NCBI GenBank assembly: GCA_041483195.1
Contig: JBGPFC010000003.1
Span: 64,001 to 128,000 of the forward strand
Reading direction: 5' to 3'
Source: Candidatus Eiseniibacteriota bacterium
Lineage (GTDB): Bacteria > Eisenbacteria > RBG-16-71-46
Length of the DNA stretch: 64,000 bases
Shown here in pieces: positions 37,902 to 49,144 of this stretch (the stretch's first letter is position 1; each line of letters starts with the position of its first letter). The position numbers and the translations under genes are program-made. The notes under the pieces are model-generated. The model ran no database searches. It was not told the DNA's origin and saw only the letters and a list, made by a program, of their open reading frames with translations.

Positions 37902-39220
37902 ACGACACTCAGACGCTGCTTCGCATCGAGACGCCATCCGGCGAGCGCTACGAGCACGCGATCGACCTCGAGCGCGTGAAGGCCGCGCACCGCGTGCTGT
38001 ACGAGGCGCGCGAACCGCTGAGCGCCGACGGCAACACCGCCGCAGCGCTCGCGGTGCTCCAGATGTGGCGCTGCATCCTGTTCGCGGGCTTCCCCATCAC
38101 GCCCTCCACCAAGTGGATCGAGACCGTGGCCGCGAAGATCGCGGAGGACGCGCATGGGCTGAAGCGCGTGAAGCTCCTCGAGGCCGAGCATGCGGTGGCG
38201 GACTACCTGGTGGGCGCCTCCGCTGCGTGCCGCGATCTCATCTTCCCCACCGCGACCAGCTCGGTGGGCCTCGATCACATGACCGAGACCACGCGCTCGC
38301 TGGGCGCATCCGGCCTCGGAAACGTGATGCTGGTGGACGTGTATCGCGCCACGGCCAATTTCCCGCTCTGCATCGAGGGCGACCCCTCGGACACGCTCGC
38401 CCATCGCGACGACGGATTCGTCCAGATCGCGTGCCGCGGCAAGCAGCAGATCTACGACACCATGATCCAAGCGCCGTGCGTCGGCATGCACCCCGAGGTG
38501 ATGACCCCGACCATGCCCGGCTACTACGGCATCAAGGACAGCCATCGCAGCGCGCGGCTCGTGGTCGAACCCGATCGCGAGATCCACGCCTTCCAGGATC
38601 GCTGGCTCCAGCCGTGCCCGCTGCCCGGGCTCATCAACGGCGACACGGCGTTCGGCAGCTGCGTCACCTCGCGCTGGTTCCAGGGCTTCAAGGTCTCGCA
38701 GAAGCGCCGCCTCGAGCGCGTGCTCGAAGTGCTTCCCGAGATCGGCGCCGATTTCGAGCGGCACTTCGGGCGGCCCGGGCTCGCGTTCTTCGACGCCGCC
38801 GGCTTCGAGCATCGCGACGACGTGGACATCGCGGTGGTCAGCATGGGCCCCGACTTCGGCACCTTCGAATCGCTGCGCGAGAGCTACCAGCGGCGCACCT
38901 CGCTGCGGGTGGCGGGGATCGCGATGCGGCTGCTCACGCCGTTTCCGCGCGAGGCCGTGATGCGGCGGCTCGCGCGCGCGAAGATCGTGCTGGTCGTGAA
39001 TCAGGCGCACCACACCGGGCGCGGACACCTCACGCTCGACGTGGTGGACGCGCTCTCCGACCTGGAGACGCCGCCCCGCGTGATGAGCGCGTTCGCGGGT
39101 CTCGGCGGCGCCGACGTCTCCGAAGGCACATGGGAGGCCATGCTCGACGACGCACGCGATGCGATGACGGGCGGCGTGTCGCCGGCGTGGCGCGTGTATC
39201 ACGAAGGGCGGACGCTATGA
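37898..39220 (+). CDS. porA: Por/Vor-type 2-oxoacid:ferredoxin oxidoreductase alpha subunit (divergent)
   Basis: GNTAAA, AGFPITPS, EAEHA, TATSSVGL, YRA..FPLCIEGD.SD, GLGG.D. Confidence 0.85.
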   Translation: MNDTQTLLRIETPSGERYEHAIDLERVKAAHRVLYEAREPLSADGNTAAALAVLQMWRCILFAGFPITPSTKWIETVAAKIAEDAHGLKRVKLLEAEHAVADYLVGASAACRDLIFPTATSSVGLDHMTETTRSLGASGLGNVMLVDVYRATANFPLCIEGDPSDTLAHRDDGFVQIACRGKQQIYDTMIQAPCVGMHPEVMTPTMPGYYGIKDSHRSARLVVEPDREIHAFQDRWLQPCPLPGLINGDTAFGSCVTSRWFQGFKVSQKRRLERVLEVLPEIGADFERHFGRPGLAFFDAAGFEHRDDVDIAVVSMGPDFGTFESLRESYQRRTSLRVAGIAMRLLTPFPREAVMRRLARAKIVLVVNQAHHTGRGHLTLDVVDALSDLETPPRVMSAFAGLGGADVSEGTWEAMLDDARDAMTGGVSPAWRVYHEGRTL

Positions 39221-40230
39221 GCGGCTACAAGGAAACCGCGCTCAAGGACAGCTGCTTCCGGCCCGGCTCGACGCTGTGCCCGGGGTGCATGGAAGCCGTC
39301 GCGTTCCAGAACGTGGGGCGCGTGACCGACAACGGGATCAAGACCATCTTCACCATCGGCACCTCCTGCGCCGAGGTCTCGACGCTCGCGTTTCCCAACG
39401 TCGTGGCGTGGGGGCGCGGCGACGGGCCGCCGCAGGACTTCCGCAAGAGCTTCTCGATCATCCACAACGTCTTCGAATCCGCGCCGACCCTCGCCGAGGC
39501 GGTGCGCGACGTGTCCGACCTGCTCACCGAGTGCGGCGCGCTGCAGACCCCGGTCCAGGTGATCTCGGCCAGCGGCGACGGCGGCGCTTTCGCGATCGGA
39601 CTGCGCGCGCTGCTCCACACCATTCATCGCCGCGCGCGTGTCACCATCATGGTGCTGGTCAACGAGATCTTCGCCAACACCGGCTTCCAGTACAGCCCCG
39701 CGACCATGCCGTTCGCGGAAACCAGCACCACCCCGGTGGGCCCCGACGTGCCGGGGAATCTCGAGCCGCCGCTCGACTACATCCACCTCGCGATCGCGGC
39801 CGGCGCCGAGCTGGTGGCGCAGGTGAGCCCCGCGCACGGCAAGCTGTTCGTGAAGACCGTCGAGCGCTCGCTCGCGTGCAAGGGCACGGCCGTGATCTTC
39901 GTGCCATCGCCATGCATCAGCGGCTGGAAGTTCGAGGACGGCGAGACCGTGGCGCTCGCGCTGATGGGCGCCCGCACCGGCGTCTTCCCAGCTTTCACGT
40001 GGGAGCGCGGCAAAGGCGGCAAGATCCTCGACTGCGAGCGCGAGGCGAGCGCGCGGCCGGCGCTCGAGGAGTTTCTCGCAGCGCAGCGCCGCTTCCAGCA
40101 CCTGGTGCGGCGCGATCCCGCGACCGGCGCTCCCACCGTCCGCCCGGGACGCGAGGGGGACATGGAGAAGGTGAAGGGCTGGGTGCAGCAGAACGTCGAG
40201 CGGCTCTACCGGCTGGCCGAGCTGAAATAG
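39217..40230 (+). CDS. porB: Por/Vor-type 2-oxoacid:ferredoxin oxidoreductase beta subunit (TPP-binding)
   Basis: LCPGC, GTSC.EVS, GDGG...IG, NEIFANTGFQ.S..T, SPC..GW, QRRFQHL. Confidence 0.87.
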   Translation: MSGYKETALKDSCFRPGSTLCPGCMEAVAFQNVGRVTDNGIKTIFTIGTSCAEVSTLAFPNVVAWGRGDGPPQDFRKSFSIIHNVFESAPTLAEAVRDVSDLLTECGALQTPVQVISASGDGGAFAIGLRALLHTIHRRARVTIMVLVNEIFANTGFQYSPATMPFAETSTTPVGPDVPGNLEPPLDYIHLAIAAGAELVAQVSPAHGKLFVKTVERSLACKGTAVIFVPSPCISGWKFEDGETVALALMGARTGVFPAFTWERGKGGKILDCEREASARPALEEFLAAQRRFQHLVRRDPATGAPTVRPGREGDMEKVKGWVQQNVERLYRLAELK

Positions 40231-40262
40231 GGCGCCGAGGCGAAGGCTGAGGCGTCCGTCGA

Positions 40263-40301
40263 CGATCGCGCGCGCGGATGCGTCATCCGCGCGCGCGATC
40301 G
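40263..40301. terminator. Perfect 18-bp hairpin between convergent genes, probable bidirectional terminator
   Basis: CGATCGCGCGCGCGGATG-cgt-CATCCGCGCGCGCGATCG; no U-tract. Confidence 0.55.
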
Positions 40302-40345
40302 CACTTCCGCATGTTCCGCCCCGCCGTGATCCGCCGGGGGTTCGC

Positions 40346-40906
40346 CTACTTCGGCCACAGCCATCCGAACGTTCCGGCCGTGAGCAACCCGTACACGAGG
40401 CCGTCGAACAGGTACTTGAAGGTGGTCCCCCACGAGCGCCCGTACCAGATCGAGTCGTGGCAGAGGGCGAGCGAGTATCCGAGGAACGCGGTGCAGCCCG
40501 CGTAGCGGAACACCAGCAGATACTGGGTTCCCGGGCCCACCGCGCGCCCGGTCACGTAGGCCGCGAAGACGCCGACCACGAGCGAGTAGATGAACCACTG
40601 CACGAGGCTCTTGCCCATCGCGGGCGGACCGCTCGGCAGCACGGTAATGATGCCGACCGGCCCCTTGTTCCGCTTCTCGGCCCACGCGGGGTCCTTCATC
40701 TCCTTCGGGCTCGCGCAGAAGGGGAACATGTAGTCGCCGGGAGGGATATTGAACTTGCGCAGGGCCTCCAGGGCCTCGGCTTCCGACGGCAGCTTCTTCA
40801 TGTCGCCGCGGTGGAAGGGAAGCAACATGTGGAAGACGAAGCTCATGAAGAACACGATCACCGCAGCCAGCACGATCGGCAGCCACAGCGACATCACGGG
40901 AACCAT
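40346..40906 (-). CDS. Hypothetical membrane protein (about 4 TM helices)
   Basis: AGGAGG RBS; LWLPIVLAAVIVF, PPGDYMFP, SIWYGRSW, DGLVYGLLTAGTFGWLWP. Confidence 0.85.
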   Translation of the reverse strand: MVPVMSLWLPIVLAAVIVFFMSFVFHMLLPFHRGDMKKLPSEAEALEALRKFNIPPGDYMFPFCASPKEMKDPAWAEKRNKGPVGIITVLPSGPPAMGKSLVQWFIYSLVVGVFAAYVTGRAVGPGTQYLLVFRYAGCTAFLGYSLALCHDSIWYGRSWGTTFKYLFDGLVYGLLTAGTFGWLWPK

Positions 40907-41046
40907 CGCGACCTCCTGGTGATGGGAACGGGCCTCCTGGCGGAATCGGGCTCGGACCGCACTCGGCATTCTGTCCGGGATCGAGCGCGACCGCCAGTGA
41001 CGATTTCGAGGGCCGGGGAGAGCCGCTCGCGGGGCGTGCGGCCCGG

Positions 41047-41601
41047 TCAGCCGGCCGGCGACGAAAATCCGTACCGGGCCGACAGGCGCGAGACGGTGTT
41101 GGCGCCTCTAATCGTGGCGCGGACCTTCAGCGTCCTTTCGAGCACCGCGTTGGAAAACGTGGACTCGCTCGGCTTCTTCTCGCGCAGCCAGTAGATCTCG
41201 CGGCCGTGCACGTGAAAGTCGTCGATGTCGGTCCTGAGGGCCATCAGGCCCCTGACGCCGGCGGCGCCCGGCGGCTCCGCGAGGAATGCGATGTTGAGGG
41301 CGCCGGCCGCCTGCAGCCGCGAGGCCGCGAAGGGCGGGTACGATGCGACCGCCGCCACCTCTGCCCCGGTGCGGATGAAAGTCTTGACCTCGTAACCCAG
41401 CGCGTCCTCGAGCCGCGCCTCGATCTTCGCTTCGAGGCCCCGCACGCCCCCGGCGCGCGAGGTGAAGATCACGTTGCCGCTCGCGATGAACGTCTCGACG
41501 TCCTTGAAACCCAGCCCGTCGAAGAGCCCGTGGAGTCTTTCCATCGTGACGGTGTGGCCGCCCACGTTGATGGCACGAAGAAACGCGACGAGCCTGCTCA
41601 T
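41047..41601 (-). CDS. DUF1697 family protein
   Basis: VAFLRAINVGGH.V.M..L, VETFIASGNVIF, TIRG.NT. Confidence 0.85.
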   Translation of the reverse strand: MSRLVAFLRAINVGGHTVTMERLHGLFDGLGFKDVETFIASGNVIFTSRAGGVRGLEAKIEARLEDALGYEVKTFIRTGAEVAAVASYPPFAASRLQAAGALNIAFLAEPPGAAGVRGLMALRTDIDDFHVHGREIYWLREKKPSESTFSNAVLERTLKVRATIRGANTVSRLSARYGFSSPAG

Positions 41602-41629
41602 CGGCGCCATCCGATGTGAATCGGGCGCG

Positions 41630-42661
41630 TCATCGAGTTTCTCGCGCCGCGGGGTTCGCCGGCGGACGGCCTCGTTCGAGCGCCAGGACACGGGTGACCA
41701 GCGCCCTGACCGCCGCCTGTGCCTCGCGGTGCGCGGCCGCGTCGTACGCGACGGTAGCGCCGAGATCCGCGCACGCATCGCCGTAGCTGAATGGCTGCCG
41801 GGTCTCGCTGTTGATGATCAGGCCATCCTCGCCTTCCTCGAGCCGGCATCGCTTCATCACCTGCGCGTGCGGCAGCCGGAGCGGCGTCTTCAAGGCGGCG
41901 TAGTCGAAGATGTGACCCGCGCCCGCGTACTCGGTGAGCCGGGCATCCTTCCCGGCTCCGCGCAGCCGCTCCACGTACTCCCGGCACGGCGCGACCGCCA
42001 CGAAGTCGTCGGTTCCGCCCTGGAAGATTCGAATCGGCGTGTCCACCACGTCCTCGTCCGCGCGATACCTCATGTTGCATGGCGAATACAACACGATGTG
42101 CGCCGCGAATTCCAGGCCCGGGGCCGCGAGGTACATTCGCCGGAAGCGCCTCATGCTCGAATGGAGAGCGGCCTGCCCGCCACGGGAGAAACCCATCACG
42201 GCGATCCGCGACGAATCCAGGCCCGGGTGCCTCGCAAGCAGCTCGAGCGCGCGGTACGCGTCGATGATCATGGCCAGCCGGCCGAGCCTCGACTGATCGT
42301 TCACGGTGTTGACGATCCCCCGCCCCGTGAAGCTGTCGACCAGCAGGGTCGCCACTCCCATGTCGTTCAGCATTCGCACCCATCCGTCCTCCCTTCCCGA
42401 CGCTCCGCTCGAGCCGTGGAGGAGGACGACCGCCGGCAGGCGCCCGGCTTCGGACCCGGGAATGCGCAGCTCGCCCGCGAGCGTGACGGGTGCTCCCTCG
42501 CCACGCCCGGTGAGGAATTCCTGATCGGTCAGGGTCACCGACTGAATCGTGTGCAGCTCGATCCTCGTGCCCTGCCCGATGCCGGGCTGCGGGACCAGAG
42601 CCATCAGGAGCGGCGCGGCCCAGGCGAGCAACGTTCGGAGCGTGTCGCGTTGAACCCGCAT
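41630..42661 (-). CDS. Dienelactone hydrolase-like alpha/beta hydrolase (secreted)
   Basis: PAVVLLHGSSG, GFSRGG nucleophile elbow, G..DDF, YAGAGHIFD. Confidence 0.85.
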   Translation of the reverse strand: MRVQRDTLRTLLAWAAPLLMALVPQPGIGQGTRIELHTIQSVTLTDQEFLTGRGEGAPVTLAGELRIPGSEAGRLPAVVLLHGSSGASGREDGWVRMLNDMGVATLLVDSFTGRGIVNTVNDQSRLGRLAMIIDAYRALELLARHPGLDSSRIAVMGFSRGGQAALHSSMRRFRRMYLAAPGLEFAAHIVLYSPCNMRYRADEDVVDTPIRIFQGGTDDFVAVAPCREYVERLRGAGKDARLTEYAGAGHIFDYAALKTPLRLPHAQVMKRCRLEEGEDGLIINSETRQPFSYGDACADLGATVAYDAAAHREAQAAVRALVTRVLALERGRPPANPAARETR

Positions 42662-42671
42662 CGGCGTGCCC

Positions 42672-44159
<1,488 letters not shown>

Positions 44160-44243
44160 GTCGACCTCCGGGGTGCGATCGTGCGACAGGGCGCCCGCGT
44201 GCCGACTGCCGCGTGGGCGCCCCGTCGATGAATGCCCTGCTCG

Positions 44244-44642
44244 TTACTTCTTTTCCATCGATTCGTGGATCTTCTTGAGGTCCTCTGCAGTGAACTTGGA
44301 CACCATCGTCGCCTTCGCCTTGTCACGGACCGCGGCGGGAACGATCTCGAGCGCCTCTTTGTCGCTGGCCGCGGTGACCATCGCGTAGCCGGTGTGATCG
44401 CCGGACTTGCAGCCGAAGTCGAACTTGGACAGCGTGCCCGCCGCCGAGGTCGCGTCGAGCACCGTCATGCACTCCTCAGCGGTGTGCGGCGAGACCACCA
44501 GGTAGTGGTGCATCGCCGGCTTCGCCGCGGCGTGAGCCGCCTTCCCGGCTGGTTTCGCCGTGTCCGAACCGAATGCGAGCGCGAACGAGAGCGCGGCAGC
44601 CAGGATTCCGACCAGCAGAACCGGTACGAACCGCCTGTTCAT
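44244..44642 (-). CDS. Secreted hypothetical protein with His/Cys motifs
   Basis: GAGGAGG RBS; signal peptide; HHYLVVSPHT.EEC and FGCKSGDHTGY. Confidence 0.8.
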   Translation of the reverse strand: MNRRFVPVLLVGILAAALSFALAFGSDTAKPAGKAAHAAAKPAMHHYLVVSPHTAEECMTVLDATSAAGTLSKFDFGCKSGDHTGYAMVTAASDKEALEIVPAAVRDKAKATMVSKFTAEDLKKIHESMEKK

Positions 44643-44722
44643 TTGATCCTCCTCATGGTGAGAATCGGGCTTTCCCCGCGGCCGGCCGGAAATCTACGCC
44701 GGGCTCGAGGGGCGTGCAACCG

Positions 44723-44941
44723 TCACGCCGGCGGCTTGCGACTCCCGGCGAAGAAGAGCGCGGCCCCGGCGAGAACGACCAGGCCCGAGAGGATGGGCGG
44801 AATCGCGACCTGCTTCTTCTCGGTGACGTTCATCTTGAAGTCGCCGAATTGCGCGACGTTCTCGGTCTTCTTGTACGAGATGCCGCCGAACAGCAGCGCA
44901 GCCAGGCCCAGCACCACGAGCAAAGCGCCGACGATCCTCAT
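44723..44941 (-). CDS. Small two-TM membrane protein (DUF3185-like)
   Basis: Two hydrophobic helices around a short soluble loop (GGISYKKTENV..G..K); GGAGA RBS. Confidence 0.75.
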   Translation of the reverse strand: MRIVGALLVVLGLAALLFGGISYKKTENVAQFGDFKMNVTEKKQVAIPPILSGLVVLAGAALFFAGSRKPPA

Positions 44942-45005
44942 GGAGTTCTCCAGGTCACGATCCGAGGCGAATGGCGACGCCGCATCGCGGTCGCACGGCC
45001 ATCGT

Positions 45006-46211
45006 TCAGACGGCGCCGCCGAAGCGCGCGAGATAGTCCAGCATCGCGTGTTCGAGCCCGACGTCGTGCTGAGCGCGCTCGGAGAGATACCATTTGTGCT
45101 CGAGCACCTGGCAATAAATTTCGGGCGGGTCGCCGGTCCGGCCGGCGAGCGGGGCGAGCGTCTGGAGCGCCGGCTGGAATCGCTCGTGCATCCAGCGGAA
45201 CGCGGCGACCGTGAGCGAGACTTCGCGTTGCTGCTCGCGAGAGAGCGTGGCGCGCAGCTCGCGGATCTCGTTCAGCATCAGCTCCGCCTGTCGCTCGCCG
45301 GCCACGATCCCGGTGATGTTGTGCAGCTGATGCCGGTGGTAATCGCGATCGGTGACGATGGTCCGCATGCGCAGGCGGTTCTTCTCGCCGGTCGCCACCA
45401 GCTCGACCTCCCCCACCGAGAATCCGAGCGCGTTGAGGGCGCGGATGCGCTCGTGGATGCGGTAGGTTTCCCCGGGGCTCAGCTCTTCGACGCGCGAGAT
45501 CTCGTCCCACAGGCGCTCGTAGCGCTCGCGCACCTGGCGCCCGAGGCTTCCGTTCGAGGCCCCCGTCATCGGCGCCGACCTGGCGGGGAATGCCGAAGTC
45601 TCCCCCGCGAGATTCTCTTCCATGATCAGCAGCTCCTGCCGGCGCTGACCCTCGCCGAGCGCCTCGCCGAGCGAGGACGTCTCGGCGTCAACGAGGAACG
45701 CCTGGAGCTCGCCCGCGTCGCGGCGGAACAGCGTGTTCGAGAGCGAGCAGTCTCCCCAGTAGAAGCCGGCGAGGTGCAGCCTTACGAGCAGGACCGCCAC
45801 CGCGTCGAGCAGGCGCTCGCGGTAGCGTTCGAGTCCGGGATTCTGGAACAGCGTGCGGTAGGGCAGCGAGCCCGCGAGGTGGCGCGTGACGAGCGCGCTC
45901 AGCTCCTCGCCGCGTTCGGTGCGGAATCGAACGTGACCCACCGGCGTCACCGCCGGCAGCCGCCGATCCTCGAGGCGCATCAACAGGCCGAACTCGCGCT
46001 CCGCGATGCCGCGCGGCATTTCCTTCACGGCGTAGATGGCGTCGTCGTAGCCCGCGAACACCACCTCGTGGCGGGAGAGTCCGCGCTCGACCTCGACCCG
46101 CCGCTCGCAGCGGCCATCCCATTCCGCGAGCGGAAGGTGCCACGGCAGGTCGAGAAACGCGGGGTAGCCGAGGCGGATGTCCGAGGAGATCAGGCCGTGA
46201 GCGTCACTCAC
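45006..46211 (-). CDS. DUF4032 family protein with an N-terminal kinase-like (Kdo/APH-type) domain
   Basis: FLDLPW..PL..W, GLSRH.V.F, WGDCSLSNTLFRRDAG.L.A.LVDAET, VLEHKWYLSE; GTG at 46211. Confidence 0.85.
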   Translation of the reverse strand: MSDAHGLISSDIRLGYPAFLDLPWHLPLAEWDGRCERRVEVERGLSRHEVVFAGYDDAIYAVKEMPRGIAEREFGLLMRLEDRRLPAVTPVGHVRFRTERGEELSALVTRHLAGSLPYRTLFQNPGLERYRERLLDAVAVLLVRLHLAGFYWGDCSLSNTLFRRDAGELQAFLVDAETSSLGEALGEGQRRQELLIMEENLAGETSAFPARSAPMTGASNGSLGRQVRERYERLWDEISRVEELSPGETYRIHERIRALNALGFSVGEVELVATGEKNRLRMRTIVTDRDYHRHQLHNITGIVAGERQAELMLNEIRELRATLSREQQREVSLTVAAFRWMHERFQPALQTLAPLAGRTGDPPEIYCQVLEHKWYLSERAQHDVGLEHAMLDYLARFGGAV

Positions 46212-46420
46212 GGAGCGCCCGGCATCGCGCGACGAAAATCGAGGCGCCGAGCCGCAGGCCACGCGGCGTACTTCGCCAGCATGCCCGAGGTACGCTGGGG
46301 GGTGCCCCGGCCCATCACATTCCTCCACGGGGGCGCGGTGCGCCCACTCGTTACGGGACGCAACGTACACCCGTGGAGTACGAATGACACGCACGATCTT
46401 GGCCGGGCGCGAGCGCGGCG

Positions 46421-47470
46421 CTACTCGTGAATCGGGCGCACCCCGCGGGCCGCGAGCCCGTCGAGGACGAAGCGGTGGCAGCGCGCATCGCGTGCGACGC
46501 GCTCGAGGGGGAGTACGCCGGTCTCCTTCAAGCCACCCTCCGCCACCAGCTGCGCCACCACCGAGCAGGTGAGCGCCGTGGTGCGTGACATGGCGGTGAG
46601 CCCCGAGGCGGGATCGTGCCGGCTCACCAGCGTCACGCGTTGCGAGGTCTTTCCGCGCCGCATGTCCACCCGCAGGACCACGAGATCCTGAGGCAAATCC
46701 ACGATGCAACGCTCGCGAAACTCCTCGAGAAAGCGGCCGGCGGCCACCAGCGGACGCACCGCGGCGGCGTGCCCGGGCCAGCGCAGCGTCATCTCGGACA
46801 TGTTGCGCACGTCGGGCAACGTGTCGATCAGCGTGCGAAGCCCGTCGCTGAAGAACGCCTCCAGCTCGCCGACGCCGTCCACGTGGAGCCGCTCGAGGCC
46901 GCTGAACACCGGCACCGTGGTGGGATTTCCGTCCACGACGATTCGGGCGGGCCGCGTGTACTCCTCGAGCAGATCTTCGAGCGACCAGGTCACCACGTAG
47001 CCGTAGGGCCTCGATGCGTCCTCGGCCACCCCGCCGACGCGGATGACGATGGAATCCACCGGCCCGTCGGCCACTGCCCGGCCCGCGATCAGGTTCGAGA
47101 TGCCGGGGGCGAGTCCGCAATCGGGAACGATCGCCACCCCCGACGCGCGCGCTTCGGCATCGAGCGCGAGCGCGTCCTCCGCGCAGAACGAGAGATCGAC
47201 CAGCGGCCGGCGCGCCTCGATCGCGGCGCGCATCGCGCGGAATCCGAGCCGCGCGGGCAGCGCCCCGACCGCCATGTCGTGCGCGGCGATCGACCGCGTC
47301 ATCGCCGCCCCGTCCGCGAGGTCCGCCTCGACCCACGCGAGATTGGACAGCTCGGGCAGCGCGGGCCGGCGCAGGTCGGCCACCTCGATGCGCGCGGCCG
47401 GCATCGATCGCGCGAGATCGGCGGCCACCGTTCGCCCCTGCGCGCCGCCGCCCAGCACGAGGATGTTCAT
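46421..47470 (-). CDS. Saccharopine dehydrogenase family protein (lysine 6-dehydrogenase-like)
   Basis: LGGGAQG Rossmann motif, DCGLAPGISN, TWS.EDL.EEY.RP, SDGLRTL, TLRWPGH, TAMSRTT. Confidence 0.88.
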   Translation of the reverse strand: MNILVLGGGAQGRTVAADLARSMPAARIEVADLRRPALPELSNLAWVEADLADGAAMTRSIAAHDMAVGALPARLGFRAMRAAIEARRPLVDLSFCAEDALALDAEARASGVAIVPDCGLAPGISNLIAGRAVADGPVDSIVIRVGGVAEDASRPYGYVVTWSLEDLLEEYTRPARIVVDGNPTTVPVFSGLERLHVDGVGELEAFFSDGLRTLIDTLPDVRNMSEMTLRWPGHAAAVRPLVAAGRFLEEFRERCIVDLPQDLVVLRVDMRRGKTSQRVTLVSRHDPASGLTAMSRTTALTCSVVAQLVAEGGLKETGVLPLERVARDARCHRFVLDGLAARGVRPIHE

Positions 47471-47495
47471 GGGAGCGCGGGGACCGGGCGGCTGG

Positions 47496-48869
47496 CTACG
47501 GTTCGTGGTGCGCGGCCTTCGCCGCGACGCCGGGTGGATCGTGGAGCCCGCCGGGAACGTAGGCGGTGCCCTTCGCGATGCGATCGTTCCACGACTCGAA
47601 CGGCGCGCCGTTGGTGACGTCCGTCATCGTGATGCAGCCCGCCACCGGGCACACGGCCGCGCACAGGTTGCAGCCGATGCACTCGGTCTCGTCCACCCAC
47701 ACGACGTGCGCGTGCTTCGCCAGGCCCGCGGCCACCGCGGCGTCGCGGGTCGGCGCGAGATGGCCGGGCTTGAGCGCGTGGTCGCCGTCGTGGATGCAGT
47801 GCACCGCCGTGTCGCGGCACGCGACGATGCACAGCTCGCAGCCGATGCACTTCGCGGGGTCGACCCGGGCGATCACCTTGTAGTTGAGGTCGAGATCGCC
47901 CCAGTCCACGAACGCGGGCAGCGCCTTGCCGCGCAGCTCGCTCACCGATTTCATACCCTTCGAATCGAGGTAGTTGTTGAGGCCGTCGATCATGTCCTCG
48001 ACGATGCGGAAGCCGTAGTGCATGGCGGCGGTGCAGACCTGCACGCTGGTCGCGCCCAGCGCGATGAACTCCGCGGCGTCGCGCCAGGTCGCGATGCCGC
48101 CGATGCCCGAGATCGGCACCGTGATGCGCGGGTCGCGCCCGAGCGCCGCCACCATGTGAAGCGCGATCGGCTTGACCGCCGGCCCGCAGTAGCCGCCGTT
48201 GGTGGAGCGACTCCCGACCACCGGGTAGGGCACGAAGCGATCGAGATCGACTCCGACCAGGCTCTTGATGGTGTTGATCAGCGAGAGCCCGTGCACGCCC
48301 GCCTCGACCGCCGGCACGCCGGCTTCGAGAATGTCGCCGATGTTGGGCGTGAGCTTCACCAGCACCGGGATGCTCGAGAACTCGACCGCCCACCCCGCGA
48401 CCACCTTGAGCACCTCCGGCTCGGATCCCACCGCCGATCCCATGCCGCGCTCGCACATGCCGTGCGGACAGCCGAAGTTCAGCTCGATGCCGTCGGCGCC
48501 GGTGTCGACGGTGCGCTTGATGATCTCGCGCCAGTCGTCCTTCGACTCCACCATGAGCGAGACGATGACCGCGCGGTCCGGGTACTTGCGCTTGACCTCG
48601 CGGATCTCGCGCAGGTTCACATCGAGCGGCCGGTCGGTGATGAGCTCGATGTTGTTGAAGCCCACCATGCGGCTGTTCCCGACGTCGATCGAGCCGAAGC
48701 GGCTCGAGGTGTTGACGATCGGATCGCCGAGCGTCTTCCACACCGCGCCGCCCCAGCCCATGTCGAACGCGCGCATCACCTGCTCGCCCGAGTTGGTGGG
48801 GGGCGCGCTCGCCAGCCAGAATGGGTTGGGGCTCTTGATGCCCGCGAAGTCGATCGACAGGTCTGCCAT
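47496..48869 (-). CDS. preA: NAD-dependent dihydropyrimidine dehydrogenase subunit PreA
   Basis: NPFWLASAPPT, GWGGAVWKT, NNIELITDR, ELNFGCPHGMCERGMG, VKLTPN, GGYCGPAVKPIAL; two C-terminal CxxCxxC clusters. Confidence 0.95.
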   Translation of the reverse strand: MADLSIDFAGIKSPNPFWLASAPPTNSGEQVMRAFDMGWGGAVWKTLGDPIVNTSSRFGSIDVGNSRMVGFNNIELITDRPLDVNLREIREVKRKYPDRAVIVSLMVESKDDWREIIKRTVDTGADGIELNFGCPHGMCERGMGSAVGSEPEVLKVVAGWAVEFSSIPVLVKLTPNIGDILEAGVPAVEAGVHGLSLINTIKSLVGVDLDRFVPYPVVGSRSTNGGYCGPAVKPIALHMVAALGRDPRITVPISGIGGIATWRDAAEFIALGATSVQVCTAAMHYGFRIVEDMIDGLNNYLDSKGMKSVSELRGKALPAFVDWGDLDLNYKVIARVDPAKCIGCELCIVACRDTAVHCIHDGDHALKPGHLAPTRDAAVAAGLAKHAHVVWVDETECIGCNLCAAVCPVAGCITMTDVTNGAPFESWNDRIAKGTAYVPGGLHDPPGVAAKAAHHEP

Positions 48870-49144
48870 GAGGCTCCTCGTGGACCGTCCCATTCGGGAT
48901 CGGGCATGACGGGCGGCTCACGGGCCGCGCGCGGCGCGAACGCGGCGATAGTAGCACCGGTGCGCGCGCCGTGGCACGGACCGAACGCCGGGCCGGAGCC
49001 ATGGGCCACCCCGCGCGGCGCGATCCCCCGCTCGGTGGCCCATTTGCCCGCACTCGTCGTTTTCCGGCACCGGCGCGGCGCCCGGCGCGGCTAGCCTCCC
49101 ACCTGCTACCCATCCGTCGCCCACATTCACCCCCGAGGACTCCG

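Noticed and set aside
40263..40301. Long hairpin as a REP, MITE or CRISPR repeat
   Set aside because: Single copy in the window, with no spacers or target duplication; it sits between convergent genes like a terminator.
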